Counted from the first letter of the stretch, positions 51,874-61,965 are shown. The stretch is DNA of 64,000 nucleotides from Lysobacterales bacterium (GCA_016707485.1 JADJHN010000003.1:363770-427769); one strand, 5' to 3'. Numbers and translations: made by a program. Notes: generated by a model from the sequence alone, not told the origin.

Positions 51874-54800
51874 CGCGTGTTGCGCGCGATCAGTTGCGCG
51901 ATCAGTGAACGCAAGGCCAGTGGCTTCAGCGGTTTGTGCAGGAGCTGGCAACCGGCCGCGGCAACGGCGTCGGCGACCGCCTTGCCATGATCGGCGGTGA
52001 TGATGACGCATGGAATCGACAGCGCCGCCTGACCCAACGCGGCGCGCAGCTCAAGCCCGCTGACATGGTCATCGAGGTGATAGTCGAGCAGCAGCAGATC
52101 GGCACCATGCGCGGCAAACAATTGGCGAGCCAGCTCCGGCGCCTGCGCCGCATGCACCTCGGCCTTCCAGCCGGCAAGCAGGTCCTGCATGGCCCTGAGC
52201 ACGGCGGGATCGTTGTCGACGACGAGCACGCGCAAGCGCGGCAGTGGCGGTTCCGCTGCTTTGGCCTCCGGCGGTGGCAGATCCATTGGCGTCGCCATCG
52301 GCACCTCGACTGCGAAGACCGAGCCGCGGCCGAGCCGCGAATCCAGGCGCAGGCGATGATCGAGCAGGCGCGCAATGCGCTCGGCAATCGCCAGACCCAG
52401 CCCCAACCCTTCGCCGGAATGCCCGAGACGGCGGAACTCCTCGAAGATCAATTCCTTGTCGCCTTCGGCAATGCCCGGACCGGTATCCCAGACCTCGATC
52501 GAGAGATGCCGGCCGCGACGGCGGCAGCCCAGCAGGATTCGTCCCGAGCGCGTGTGCCGCACGGCATTGGCGAGGAAATTCTGCACGACCCGGCGCAACA
52601 ATTGCGGATCGCTGCGCAGCCACGCCCGTGAAGGGACCCAATCCAGTTGCAGGCCGCGCTCTCCTGCCAGCACGTTGAACTCCGCAGCCAGGCTGCGCAG
52701 CCATTCATCGATCGCGAAGACCTCGAACCTGGCCCGCGTGCGCCCGCCATCCAGACGTGAAATATCGAGCAGGCCGGCGAGCAGGCTTTCCGCCGAAGTC
52801 AGCGCGCCATCGATATTCGTGATCGACTCGCGGTACTCGGCATGAGCGAGGCGCTGCGCAAGCGCATGCGTGAACAGGTGCGCCGCGTTCAGCGGCTGGG
52901 CAAGATCGTGGCTGATCGCCGCGAGGAAGCGGGATTTCGCCTGGTTGGCCTTTTCCGCCTCCTGGCGGGCGAGGTCCAGCTCCGAGGTGCGGTCTATGAC
53001 GCGTTGCTCCAGGGTCTCGGCGACAACCTTCAGCTCGGCTTCGTTGCGGCGAAATTCCGTGACATCGGTGAAGGTCGCGACAAAGCCGCCTCCCGGCATC
53101 GGGTTGCCGCGGATCTCGACCACGCGCTCACCCTTGGCCCCGGGGAAGCGGCGCTCTGCGACGTAAGGCGTGCCGGCACGCATGTGCTCGATGCGCTTGC
53201 GCACCTCATCGTCGACGCGCTGACCGTCCGCGCCAAGTCCACGGGCGAGATTCCAGCGCACCAGATCGGCCACCGACACGCCGACCCTCAGCAGCTCTGG
53301 CGGATAACCGAACAACCCGGCATAGGTTCGATTCCAGGCGACCAGGCCGAGGTCGCGGTCGACCACGCTGATGCCCTGGCTCATGTTCTCGAGTGCCGCT
53401 TCGAGGACACGTTGATTGAAACGCAGATCCTGCGAGGTCTCGCCGACAATGTCTGCAACCGCCTCCAGTTCGTCCGTTTGCTCGCGGCGGGCGACGGTCA
53501 GCAGCAGGCGTGCCGACGACGCGCCGATCACCGCTGCCAGCTCATGTTCGATGGCAGCGACCAGCGCTTCCGAGGCCGAGGCAGCGGGATCTGCACCGAC
53601 GAACAACATCTGCACCTGCTCTGCGGGCAGGAAGCGTGAGGACAGTGCGCGCAGGTCGGCAACGCCGACACGGCCACGCATGCCCGCCAAGGCCGGCCTG
53701 GCAAAGCGCGAGCCGGCCACCAGCACGAGCACGCCGATGTTGGCGGCCAGACTCGCCACCACTGCCCGCGCCAGGCGGCTCCAGTCGCCAAGCCCGAACA
53801 AGTGGTCCGGTGCCAGCCATTGCTTGCCGAAGGGTCCGCTCTCGATCCACGGCATGGATTGGCCGGCCAGCAGGGGCAGCATCAACACATAGACCCAGAT
53901 CAGGCTGCCGACGAAGAGTCCGGCACTCACCGCGCGCGCACCGGTCTGCGGTCGGTACACTGCGACCAGCACGCCCGGCGCAATTGCCGACAAGGCCGAA
54001 AACGACACCGCGCCAATATCGGCCAGGGCCGCATTGGCGACCAGCACGCGACTGTAGACCCACGCCAGCAACACCACGACGAGGATGATCAGGCGCCGCT
54101 GCATGAGCACCTCGGACCGCAGGTCGCCGCCATCGCTGGCACGACCCCAACCCGCGCGCACGCGCAGCGGCGCGATCCAGTGGTTGCCGATCATCAGGCT
54201 CAGGGCCAGCGTCGCCACGACCACCATGCTGGTAGCCGCACTCAGTCCACCGAGAAATGCCATCAGGGCGAGTGCGCCATGACCCTGCGCCAGCGGCAAG
54301 GCCAGCACGTACAGGTCAGAGGGCACGCCCATCGGCCCGAGCAACGCTTCACCGGCATGCGCGAGCGGCAACAGCGGCAACGCGATCAACAACATGTACA
54401 AGGGGAAAACCCAACGTGCCGTACGCACATGTTGCGCATCCCGGCATTCGACGACGCCGGCGTGGAATTGATGCGGCAAGGTGAATACCGCCAGTGCACC
54501 GAGCAGGATCAGCGGCGGGAAACCCGACGTCCCGCCCGGCTCGGCGACCACTTCGGCCGTCGCTGCCGGAACTTCCAGGCCGAACCAGACCAGCGCACCC
54601 AAGGCCAGCATCGCCACCAGCTTGAACACCGATTCGAACGCCATGGCCAGCACGAGACCACGATTGTGTGCGTTGGCGCTGGCCCGGCGGGCACCGAACA
54701 ACATGGCGAACAAGGCCATCGCCAAGGCCACCCACAGCGCGCTGTCCTGCCAGGCGGGTGCGGCAAGGTCATGGCGACGCGCAAGCATGCCGTAACTCAT

Positions 54801-55214
54801 CGCCACCGATTTCAACTGCAGGGCAACGTAGGGAATGATGCCGATGATGGCGACCGCCGTGACCAGCGCAGCCAGCAACGGGCTGCGATCGAGGCGAATG
54901 GCGATCAGGTCGGCCAGCGAACTGCTGTTGTGCGCACGCGCAATGGTCACCAGGCGCATGAGCAGGCCAATGCCGAAGACGTACAGCAGAATCGTGCCGA
55001 CAAAGGTCGGTGGCAGCCACCAGCCCGAACGCAAGGCCTGGGTGACCGTTCCGTAGAAGGTCCACGAGGTGCAATAGACGGCCAGCGAGAGTGCGTAGAT
55101 GTACGACCAGTGCCTGGCGAAAATCCGCGGGCGGCGATCGCCCAGCACGGCGACGCCAAACAACACGCCAAGCCAGAGCACGCCAGCGGCGAGAATGCTC
55201 AGGTCAGGCAGCAT
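51870..55214 (-). CDS. SLC5-transporter-fused hybrid sensor kinase (CrbS/CbrA-like; SLC5-STAC-PAS-HisKA-HATPase-REC)
   Basis: YALSLAVYCTSWTFYG, YVALQLK, LPHQFH in the membrane domain; ENMSQGISVVD PAS; SHDLAQPL; GLGLGLAI; C-terminal receiver domain. Confidence 0.88.
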   Translation of the reverse strand: MLPDLSILAAGVLWLGVLFGVAVLGDRRPRIFARHWSYIYALSLAVYCTSWTFYGTVTQALRSGWWLPPTFVGTILLYVFGIGLLMRLVTIARAHNSSSLADLIAIRLDRSPLLAALVTAVAIIGIIPYVALQLKSVAMSYGMLARRHDLAAPAWQDSALWVALAMALFAMLFGARRASANAHNRGLVLAMAFESVFKLVAMLALGALVWFGLEVPAATAEVVAEPGGTSGFPPLILLGALAVFTLPHQFHAGVVECRDAQHVRTARWVFPLYMLLIALPLLPLAHAGEALLGPMGVPSDLYVLALPLAQGHGALALMAFLGGLSAATSMVVVATLALSLMIGNHWIAPLRVRAGWGRASDGGDLRSEVLMQRRLIILVVVLLAWVYSRVLVANAALADIGAVSFSALSAIAPGVLVAVYRPQTGARAVSAGLFVGSLIWVYVLMLPLLAGQSMPWIESGPFGKQWLAPDHLFGLGDWSRLARAVVASLAANIGVLVLVAGSRFARPALAGMRGRVGVADLRALSSRFLPAEQVQMLFVGADPAASASEALVAAIEHELAAVIGASSARLLLTVARREQTDELEAVADIVGETSQDLRFNQRVLEAALENMSQGISVVDRDLGLVAWNRTYAGLFGYPPELLRVGVSVADLVRWNLARGLGADGQRVDDEVRKRIEHMRAGTPYVAERRFPGAKGERVVEIRGNPMPGGGFVATFTDVTEFRRNEAELKVVAETLEQRVIDRTSELDLARQEAEKANQAKSRFLAAISHDLAQPLNAAHLFTHALAQRLAHAEYRESITNIDGALTSAESLLAGLLDISRLDGGRTRARFEVFAIDEWLRSLAAEFNVLAGERGLQLDWVPSRAWLRSDPQLLRRVVQNFLANAVRHTRSGRILLGCRRRGRHLSIEVWDTGPGIAEGDKELIFEEFRRLGHSGEGLGLGLAIAERIARLLDHRLRLDSRLGRGSVFAVEVPMATPMDLPPPEAKAAEPPLPRLRVLVVDNDPAVLRAMQDLLAGWKAEVHAAQAPELARQLFAAHGADLLLLDYHLDDHVSGLELRAALGQAALSIPCVIITADHGKAVADAVAAAGCQLLHKPLKPLALRSLIAQLIARNTR

Positions 55215-55496
55215 GTGTGGATTTCTTCACGCGGCACCATGCCGGAAGCTGCGACGCCAGCCCGGGTTCGCGCCGGAAGCCGCTTTCAGAGCCCGATGCA
55301 CATCCCGGCCGGGATGCACACGCGGCGTGGAGCGGAGCGACCGCATCCACCTGATTCGACAGCTGCGGCGGGATCGTCTTGGGCCGATCATGCCGGGCTC
55401 CCGAATGGTGCCTGAGCACCCTGCGCTGAAAGCGACTACTGACGCGAATTTCAATGGACGAGGCTGCACACCGCTTCGTCGCAAATCCCGGTTGTC

Positions 55497-56588
55497 CTAT
55501 TCCAGTGGTGCGCCGAGAGCAGCAGCGGCGTTGGCCATCCAGCGCAATTGCACGCCCTGGCGCGTATCGTAATCCGACCCGGAATAACCCCACCAGTCCC
55601 AACATGCCTTTGGATTCAATGGCGCGTAGCTTGCGCGGGTCTGAGGATATAGCACGACCAGGTGCCGGGCATCTGCCCAGCGGTTGTAGCCGGCATCGCG
55701 GGCGAATGCTTCGCCGACGGCATCGGCATTCTGCTGGCAGCCATGCAGGGCGATATGCAGGCCGCAGGTTTCGCCGGCCGCACAGGATTTCGGCACATAG
55801 ACAAAGCCGATGTCGGCCAGCATCGCGTCCTTTCCATCCGGCAGATAGGCCTTTTGATCGAAGCGGCGCAGCTCGCCCGCAGCAGTTGTCGGCGTAGCCG
55901 GTTTGTCAGCATAGAGGGCGGCCAGCAGTTCGCCGGCACCGTCGAACCCGCACTTGCCGATATACGGCGCTTCGCTGTCCGTGCAGGCGGTGCCGGTGGC
56001 TTCGGTCGGGAAGGTATGTGCCATCTCGCGCGCGTTGTCTTCGACGACCTGCGCGACACCGAGCTTGCGATAGAACTCCGCCGCAGCCGCGCTGATTGCC
56101 GTGCCCACCGTCGCATCGAGCGTGCCGTGCATGACAAACACCCTGTCGTCGGCCACGCCTTCAAGCGGCGCAAGCGCACCACTGCCAGCCCGCGATCTTG
56201 CATTCTCGACCAAGGCATCGACATCAGGCGGGTTTTCCCCTGCCGGATTGAGGCAGCGCGACAGCGCGGTTTCAAGGTTGCCTTGCGCACAGGCGTACGG
56301 CCCCCCGGCGATCATGGCGACCCCGGCGACATGGCTGGAGAAGGCCATGTGAACCTGGGTCGCCATGTACGCACCGGACGACAGCCCCGAAACCGTCGTC
56401 CGCGTTGCATCCAGGTTGAGCTTGGGCAGCGGCATTCCCGCACCTGCAGGCTTGCTGCCGCACGCGCCCAGCCCCATCCCGAACAGGCAAGCCAGGGACG
56501 TGGCGAGTACCAGCCTGGCCGGCAAGGACACGCGCCCCCGGCCCGATGCCTTCTTCGTCACGGCGCACAAGCGAGTCGGGTCCGTCAT
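55497..56588 (-). CDS. phaZ: Extracellular PHB depolymerase-type esterase, predicted lipoprotein
   Basis: VSGLSSGAYMA lipase box, LHGCQQ, VLYPQT, NPKACWDWWGY; lipobox GLGAC. Confidence 0.8.
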   Translation of the reverse strand: MTDPTRLCAVTKKASGRGRVSLPARLVLATSLACLFGMGLGACGSKPAGAGMPLPKLNLDATRTTVSGLSSGAYMATQVHMAFSSHVAGVAMIAGGPYACAQGNLETALSRCLNPAGENPPDVDALVENARSRAGSGALAPLEGVADDRVFVMHGTLDATVGTAISAAAAEFYRKLGVAQVVEDNAREMAHTFPTEATGTACTDSEAPYIGKCGFDGAGELLAALYADKPATPTTAAGELRRFDQKAYLPDGKDAMLADIGFVYVPKSCAAGETCGLHIALHGCQQNADAVGEAFARDAGYNRWADARHLVVLYPQTRASYAPLNPKACWDWWGYSGSDYDTRQGVQLRWMANAAAALGAPLE

Positions 56589-58825
56589 CAGAAGTTGTAC
56601 CGCGCGGTCAGATAGTAATTGCGTGGCATGGCGTAATAGGCGGTCTGGATATTGCCGACGCTGCTGAATTCCTGGGCGTCGGTCTTGTACAGCTTGTCGG
56701 TCAGGTTACGCACGCCGGCACGCACCTGCCACTTGTAATCGGCCGAATCCCAGATTCCGAACAGGCCGACGGTGGTGAAGGCGTCCTGGGTGAGCACATC
56801 GCGGTTGTCGACGCTGAGCCAGCTCTTGGCGCGATAGGAAACATCGCCGCCGAAGGTCAGGCTGCCGGCATCGCCAAGTCCGAAGATATGGCTGGCGGCG
56901 ATGCGCGAGGTCCACTTTGGTGAAAATGGCACATGGTCATGCAGGCCGGCCAGCGCCGGGACCGTGGCCACGCGCGGATCGTTGAACTCGCCATAGCGCG
57001 CATCCAGCCAGCCGACCTGCGCCGACAGGCGGGTGCCTTCGCCAACCATGGCGACGCCTTCGAACTCGATCCCATCGACCTTGACCTTGGCCGCATTGAG
57101 CACGGGGAAGCTGCCCACGACCTCGCCGCTGACACGGGCCTGGAAATCATCGTAGTTGCTGTGGAAGGCTGTGATGTTGCCGAGCAGGCGGCCGTCGTCC
57201 GAGCTCATCTTCAGGCCCATTTCATAGGTCCATACGGTCTCCGGATCGAATTCCGGGCGGGTCGCTTCGGCCACCGCATTGGCACGACCATTGAAGCCGC
57301 CGGACTTGAAGCCCTTGTTCGCCGAGACATAACCCATCACCCGATCCGAGAACGCCTTCTGCAGGCTCAGTGATGGCGTGACCGCGGTCCACGACTTGCT
57401 TGCGTCGAAAGCCACGGTTCCATTCAGGGCGGCAAACGCCGGGCCCCAGAACGTGCTGGTGGTGCGGTCGTAATCCTTGGTCTCGCGCGTATAGCGCACG
57501 CCGGCACCGAGCGTCCACGACGGTGCGAATTCCCAGTTGAGCTGGCCATAGGCCGCCGTGCTGCGCGTGGTCAGGTCGTCGCCGATCGTGCGCAGGAAGG
57601 TGATGGGCGAACCGGCCAGGGCATACAGGTCATCGGCGTAGGCCTCCTGGTTGGAAGGCACATGCTCGCGCAGGAAATACAGGCCGTAGGTGGCGTGCAG
57701 GTTGCTGCCGTTGTCGTACTGCGCCTGCAGCTCCTGGCTGAACTGATCCTGGTGGAAGCCGACGAAGACATCACCCAGTTCGAATTCGGAAGCATCGATG
57801 TCGATGAAGGACTTGCTGTCGAGTTCGCGGTACGCAGTGATGCTTTTCAGCGACCACGCATCCGACAGCGACCAGGTCAGCGCGGCCGAACCACCCTTGT
57901 GGATCAACTTCTGACCCTTGTCCGGTCCGAGCGAGGTGCGCGTGCGATAGTCGTAATCCTCCGACGGCGAGGGATGCAGCACGATCGCGCCCAGCGCGAC
58001 GTCGGTCTGGATCAAGGGCGCTTCCGGATTACCCAGGGTGAGGGCGTTGTCCTGGTGAGTGTAGTCGAGCGAGAACGCCGCCTTGAAGCTGTCGTTCGGG
58101 TTGCCGACCAGCTTCAGGCGAATGGCCTGGGTGTTGTCGTCGTTGTAATGCCGGCGCGTTTCCGGATCCTTCACGTAGCCATCATTGCCACTGCTGACGA
58201 TCGCCGCACTGAGTCCCCAGGTGTCGCTGAGCGGCGTTGCCGCATAGGCCTTGGCCTCAAGCAGACCGAAGCTGCCGGCGCTGATTTCGACACTGCCGGC
58301 AGTTTCCTGGCCGGGATCCCTGGTCACCACCTTGATCGCGCCACCGGTCGAGTTCTTGCCGTACAGGGTGCCCTGCGGACCGCGCAACACTTCGATGTGG
58401 TCGACGTCATAGAGCTTGAACAAGGCTCCCTGGATGCGCGAGTAGTAGACGTCGTCGACGTACATGCCGACACCTGGATCAAACGTCTGCAACGCATCCG
58501 GCTGGCCGATGCCGCGAATGAACACGTTGACCGACGATGCCGAGCCGCGCCCTTGCACGATGTTCATGTTGGGCACACTGCCTTGCAGGCTGTCGATGTT
58601 GTTGGCCTGCATCTCGACCAGATCGGCATCGCTGAATGCGCTGACGGCAACGGGCACTTCCTGCAGGGTTTCCTCGCGCCGGCGCGCGGTGACCACGATT
58701 TCGTCGAGGCGTGCAGTCTCCTTTTCGGAAGGATTGGCAGGCTCCGGCGTGCCTTGCTGGGCCTGCGCCATTGCCGACATGCCGACGAGCAAGCCGATGG
58801 CAAGACTCAAATGCGTACGTTTCAT
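56588..58825 (-). CDS. TonB-dependent receptor
   Basis: Signal peptide, EIVVTARRREE TonB box, IEVLRGPQGTLYGKN, ends ARYNF; TGATG-coupled to the depolymerase. Confidence 0.95.
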   Translation of the reverse strand: MKRTHLSLAIGLLVGMSAMAQAQQGTPEPANPSEKETARLDEIVVTARRREETLQEVPVAVSAFSDADLVEMQANNIDSLQGSVPNMNIVQGRGSASSVNVFIRGIGQPDALQTFDPGVGMYVDDVYYSRIQGALFKLYDVDHIEVLRGPQGTLYGKNSTGGAIKVVTRDPGQETAGSVEISAGSFGLLEAKAYAATPLSDTWGLSAAIVSSGNDGYVKDPETRRHYNDDNTQAIRLKLVGNPNDSFKAAFSLDYTHQDNALTLGNPEAPLIQTDVALGAIVLHPSPSEDYDYRTRTSLGPDKGQKLIHKGGSAALTWSLSDAWSLKSITAYRELDSKSFIDIDASEFELGDVFVGFHQDQFSQELQAQYDNGSNLHATYGLYFLREHVPSNQEAYADDLYALAGSPITFLRTIGDDLTTRSTAAYGQLNWEFAPSWTLGAGVRYTRETKDYDRTTSTFWGPAFAALNGTVAFDASKSWTAVTPSLSLQKAFSDRVMGYVSANKGFKSGGFNGRANAVAEATRPEFDPETVWTYEMGLKMSSDDGRLLGNITAFHSNYDDFQARVSGEVVGSFPVLNAAKVKVDGIEFEGVAMVGEGTRLSAQVGWLDARYGEFNDPRVATVPALAGLHDHVPFSPKWTSRIAASHIFGLGDAGSLTFGGDVSYRAKSWLSVDNRDVLTQDAFTTVGLFGIWDSADYKWQVRAGVRNLTDKLYKTDAQEFSSVGNIQTAYYAMPRNYYLTARYNF

Positions 58826-58912
58826 CGTGTTTCCCTTTCTTGTGATGAGGCAGTCGGGGCCGACCGCGGGCAGAATGGCCGCAGACTAGCGGCATCGGCA
58901 AAGGGTCGACAC

Positions 58913-58928
58913 CTGTACCTTGGTACAG
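58913..58928. promoter_or_regulatory. Palindromic operator candidate in the divergent TBDR/permease promoter
   Basis: CTGTACC-TT-GGTACAG, a perfect 7-2-7 dyad. Confidence 0.5.
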
Positions 58929-59000
58929 TGGGCTGGCCGAGCGCAGCTGCCGATACTGCGCAACCGCAGCGTGTTGCGCATTGCCGCCCGGAGTCCATGG

Positions 59001-60398
59001 ATGTCCCTGCTGATCGTGCTGGCCGCGCTGGCATTCCTGATGTTCGTCGCCTATCGCGGCTACAGCGTGATCCTGTTTGCGCCGATCGCCGCGCTCGGTG
59101 CCGTGCTGCTGACCGATCCTGCGCTGGTTGCGCCGATGTTCACCGGCCTGTTCATGGACAAGATGGTCGGCTTCCTCAAGCTGTACTTTCCGGTGTTCCT
59201 GCTTGGCGCGGTATTCGGCAAGCTGATCGAGATTTCCGGATTTTCCAAATCGATTGTCGCCGCGACCATCCGCGTGGTCGGCGCACAACGCGCCATGCTT
59301 TCGATCGTGCTGGTGTGCGCCCTGCTGACCTATGGCGGCGTCTCGTTGTTCGTGGTGGTGTTTGCCGTCTATCCGTTTGCCGCCGAGCTGTTTCGCCAGA
59401 GCGACATTCCCAAGCGCCTGATCCCCGGCACGATCGCGCTCGGTGCGTTCACCTTCACCATGGACGCCCTGCCCGGCACGCCGCAGATCCAGAACATCAT
59501 CCCGGCGCCATTCTTCGGCACGACCAGTTGGGCAGCCCCGGTGCTCGGCACGCTCGGCGGGATCTTCATCCTCATCGTCGGCATGATCTATCTTGAATCG
59601 CGGCGCCGTCGTGCAGCGCGAAATGGCGAGGGTTATGGCGACAACCTGCTCAACGAGCCGGTTGCGTTCGCCGGTGAAAAACTTGCCCACCCGTTGATCG
59701 CGATCCTGCCGCTGCTGCTGGTCGGCGTCGCCAACTTTCTGCTCACGCGCTGGATTCCCGGGTTCTACGGCGAAACCCAATCGTTTGTTCCCTCGGTGAT
59801 CGGGTCACCGGCACCGATCGTGCAGGAAGTCTCGAAGATCGCCGCAATCTGGGCCGTGCAAGGTGCCTTGCTGATCGGCATCGTCTGCGTGTTCGTCTTT
59901 GCCTGGCGCAATGTCATGGCAAGCTTTGCCGAGGGCAGCAAGAATGCGATCAGTGGCTCCCTGCTGGCTTCGATGAACACCGCTTCCGAATATGGATTCG
60001 GTGCGGTGATCGCGGCCTTGCCCGGATTTCTCGCTGTCGCCACGGCACTGAAAGCGATTCCGAACCCCTTGGTCAATGAAGCGGTTTCCGTCACCGCCCT
60101 GGCGGGCATCACCGGCTCGGCATCGGGCGGCATGAGCATCGCCCTGGCAGCGATGGCCGACAGCTTCATTGCAAATGCCAATGCCGCCGGCATTCCGATG
60201 GAAGTCCTGCACCGCGTCGCCTCGATGGCATCCGGTGGCATGGACACGCTGCCGCACAATGGCGCTGTAATCACCTTGCTTGCGGTCACCGGCCTCAGCC
60301 ATCGCCAGAGCTACAAGGACATTTTCGCCATCACCCTGATCAAGACCACCTCGGTCTTCGTCATCATCGGCCTGTTCTATCTGACCGGCTGGGTTTGA
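59001..60398 (+). CDS. GntP-family permease (3-hydroxybutyrate permease-like)
   Basis: FPVFLLGAVFGKL, LTYGGVSLFVVVFA, PGTPQIQNIIP, ITGSASGGMSIAL, LPHNGAVITLL. Confidence 0.88.
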   Translation: MSLLIVLAALAFLMFVAYRGYSVILFAPIAALGAVLLTDPALVAPMFTGLFMDKMVGFLKLYFPVFLLGAVFGKLIEISGFSKSIVAATIRVVGAQRAMLSIVLVCALLTYGGVSLFVVVFAVYPFAAELFRQSDIPKRLIPGTIALGAFTFTMDALPGTPQIQNIIPAPFFGTTSWAAPVLGTLGGIFILIVGMIYLESRRRRAARNGEGYGDNLLNEPVAFAGEKLAHPLIAILPLLLVGVANFLLTRWIPGFYGETQSFVPSVIGSPAPIVQEVSKIAAIWAVQGALLIGIVCVFVFAWRNVMASFAEGSKNAISGSLLASMNTASEYGFGAVIAALPGFLAVATALKAIPNPLVNEAVSVTALAGITGSASGGMSIALAAMADSFIANANAAGIPMEVLHRVASMASGGMDTLPHNGAVITLLAVTGLSHRQSYKDIFAITLIKTTSVFVIIGLFYLTGWV

Positions 60399-60559
60399 GC
60401 CGAAGCCATCGCCCAGGCACCCATTGCCGGCGCGCAGGATCACCGCGTATTCATGAACGGACGGCCCGGCGATCGCGCGACGCCGCAGTCGATCACGCCT
60501 TGCGTTGATTTCCACCAGGGCCGCGCCCGCCGCCTTCGACGATGACGTGCGGTGCATGG

Positions 60560-60730
60560 CCCAATCCAGCGCGTGGCCATCGCCGACAACTGCTCGGCAA
60601 CTGCTCCTGCGTTGCTCTCGGCCCTTGTTCCCGACAGGGCTCTACCGCCTCCATCCTTGGAGGCGTACCTCCTGCATCCGTGCAGTCGTCCTGCGTTGTC
60701 GGCATACAGGCCATCCATGGCCATAAAAAA
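60560..60730 (-). ncRNA. Candidate CsrA/RsmA-binding structured RNA or repeat element (GGA-hairpin array)
   Basis: Minus-strand hairpins GGCC-AUGGAU-GGCC, CUGC-ACGGAU-GCAG and GCCUCC-AAGGAU-GGAGGC, plus further CAGGA/GGGA motifs. Confidence 0.45.
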
Positions 60731-60849
60731 GGGTATCCGGATCGAGCTGTGGGATTGCTCGTCATACAGTATGCTGATCTAGCTTTCTATTTCGGATTCT
60801 AGTGTTGGCTCAGTCAGTGAATGTGTTGGAGTAAATCTCGGACTTCACT

Positions 60850-61927
60850 GTGGGGCTGCGCATTACCGATTTGCTGCAGTTATCTAGCCTCAAGACGGTA
60901 TCGGTTATTTCGCAAGACGACGCGTACGTCGTCGTCGCTGAGGGGCGGATGGTCCCGAAAGCGTGTCCCGATTGCCGATCTGGCCGGCTGTACGGCCACG
61001 GGACCAACGGGCAGACTTATCGCGATACGCCGATCCACGGCAAGACGGTCCAGATCACGGTGAACCGCAGGCGATATCGGTGCCAGAATTGCGGCAAGAC
61101 GCTGTTCGATCCGATCCCAGACTTAGACGCCAAGCGGCTTGCCACCAGCCGCTTGATTGCCTACGTGCGAGCCAACTGCTTCCAGGAGCCGTTTGCCGTC
61201 GTCGCTCGCCGCGTGGCAATGGACGAGAAGACAGTTCGCCAGATTTTCGGAGATTACGTCGAGGAACTGGAATCGACGATTCGCTTCGTGACGCCGCGCA
61301 TTCTTGGCATCGGCGAGATCAAGATCATCGGCGACTATCGCGCCATGATCACGAACATTGAGCACCATACCCTGTTTGACATGCGGGAGAGCCGCAAGAA
61401 GCCGGAGCCGCTCGCCTACTTCAAGACGCTGCGCGACAAGGACCGGGTCGAGTGGGTGGCGATGGACATGTACCACGTCTATCGGCAAGTGGTTCAGGCT
61501 ACGTTGCCGCAGGCGCGTAGTACCACCCGAGCAGAAGCCGGTGTTCAAGGATTTGCTTTCCGCAATGACAAACTGGTCGAACGAAATCTTCTCCTTCTTC
61601 GAGCAACCGATCACCAATGCCTATACTGAATCCGTCAATAGTCTGGCCAAGGGGATGAATCGCATGGGACGTGGCTACAGCTTCGATGTGATCCGGGCAC
61701 GCATGCTTTACGACCCCAAGGCGCGCAAGATGGGATCGGTTCAGGTGGCCGAACCCGTTCGGACTTCAGATGCCGGAAATCATGTCGAGTTCATGACGGC
61801 GAACTCGATGAGTCGACCTGTGAGGATGCATCGGCGCACCATCGAGTATGGGGCGCATATCCCAACCTTGGTCAAGCTGCTCGATTCTGGGTACTTCGAG
61901 CAGCCAGGCACAAATGAGACGCCGTGA
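60850..61927 (+). mobile_element. ISL3-family transposase remnant with an internal deletion and frameshift near 61518
   Basis: Zinc finger CPDC...RRRYRCQNC, RILGIGE, VAMDMY; then jumps frame to TNAYTESVN...GRGYSFDVIRARML. The central segment is missing and terminal IRs were not identified. Confidence 0.85.
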
Positions 61928-61965
61928 TGCGCTGGGTAGGCTCGCTCTCAATCAAGGAGACGAAG

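Noticed and set aside
60440-60802. Short ORFs over the GGA-hairpin element (60440-60724, 60493-60765, 60542-60802)
   Set aside because: No RBS or recognisable domain; they look like translations of a non-coding repeat.
60780-60850. tRNA or attachment site next to the ISL3 remnant
   Set aside because: No cloverleaf, T-loop (GTTCGA) or flanking direct repeat was found.
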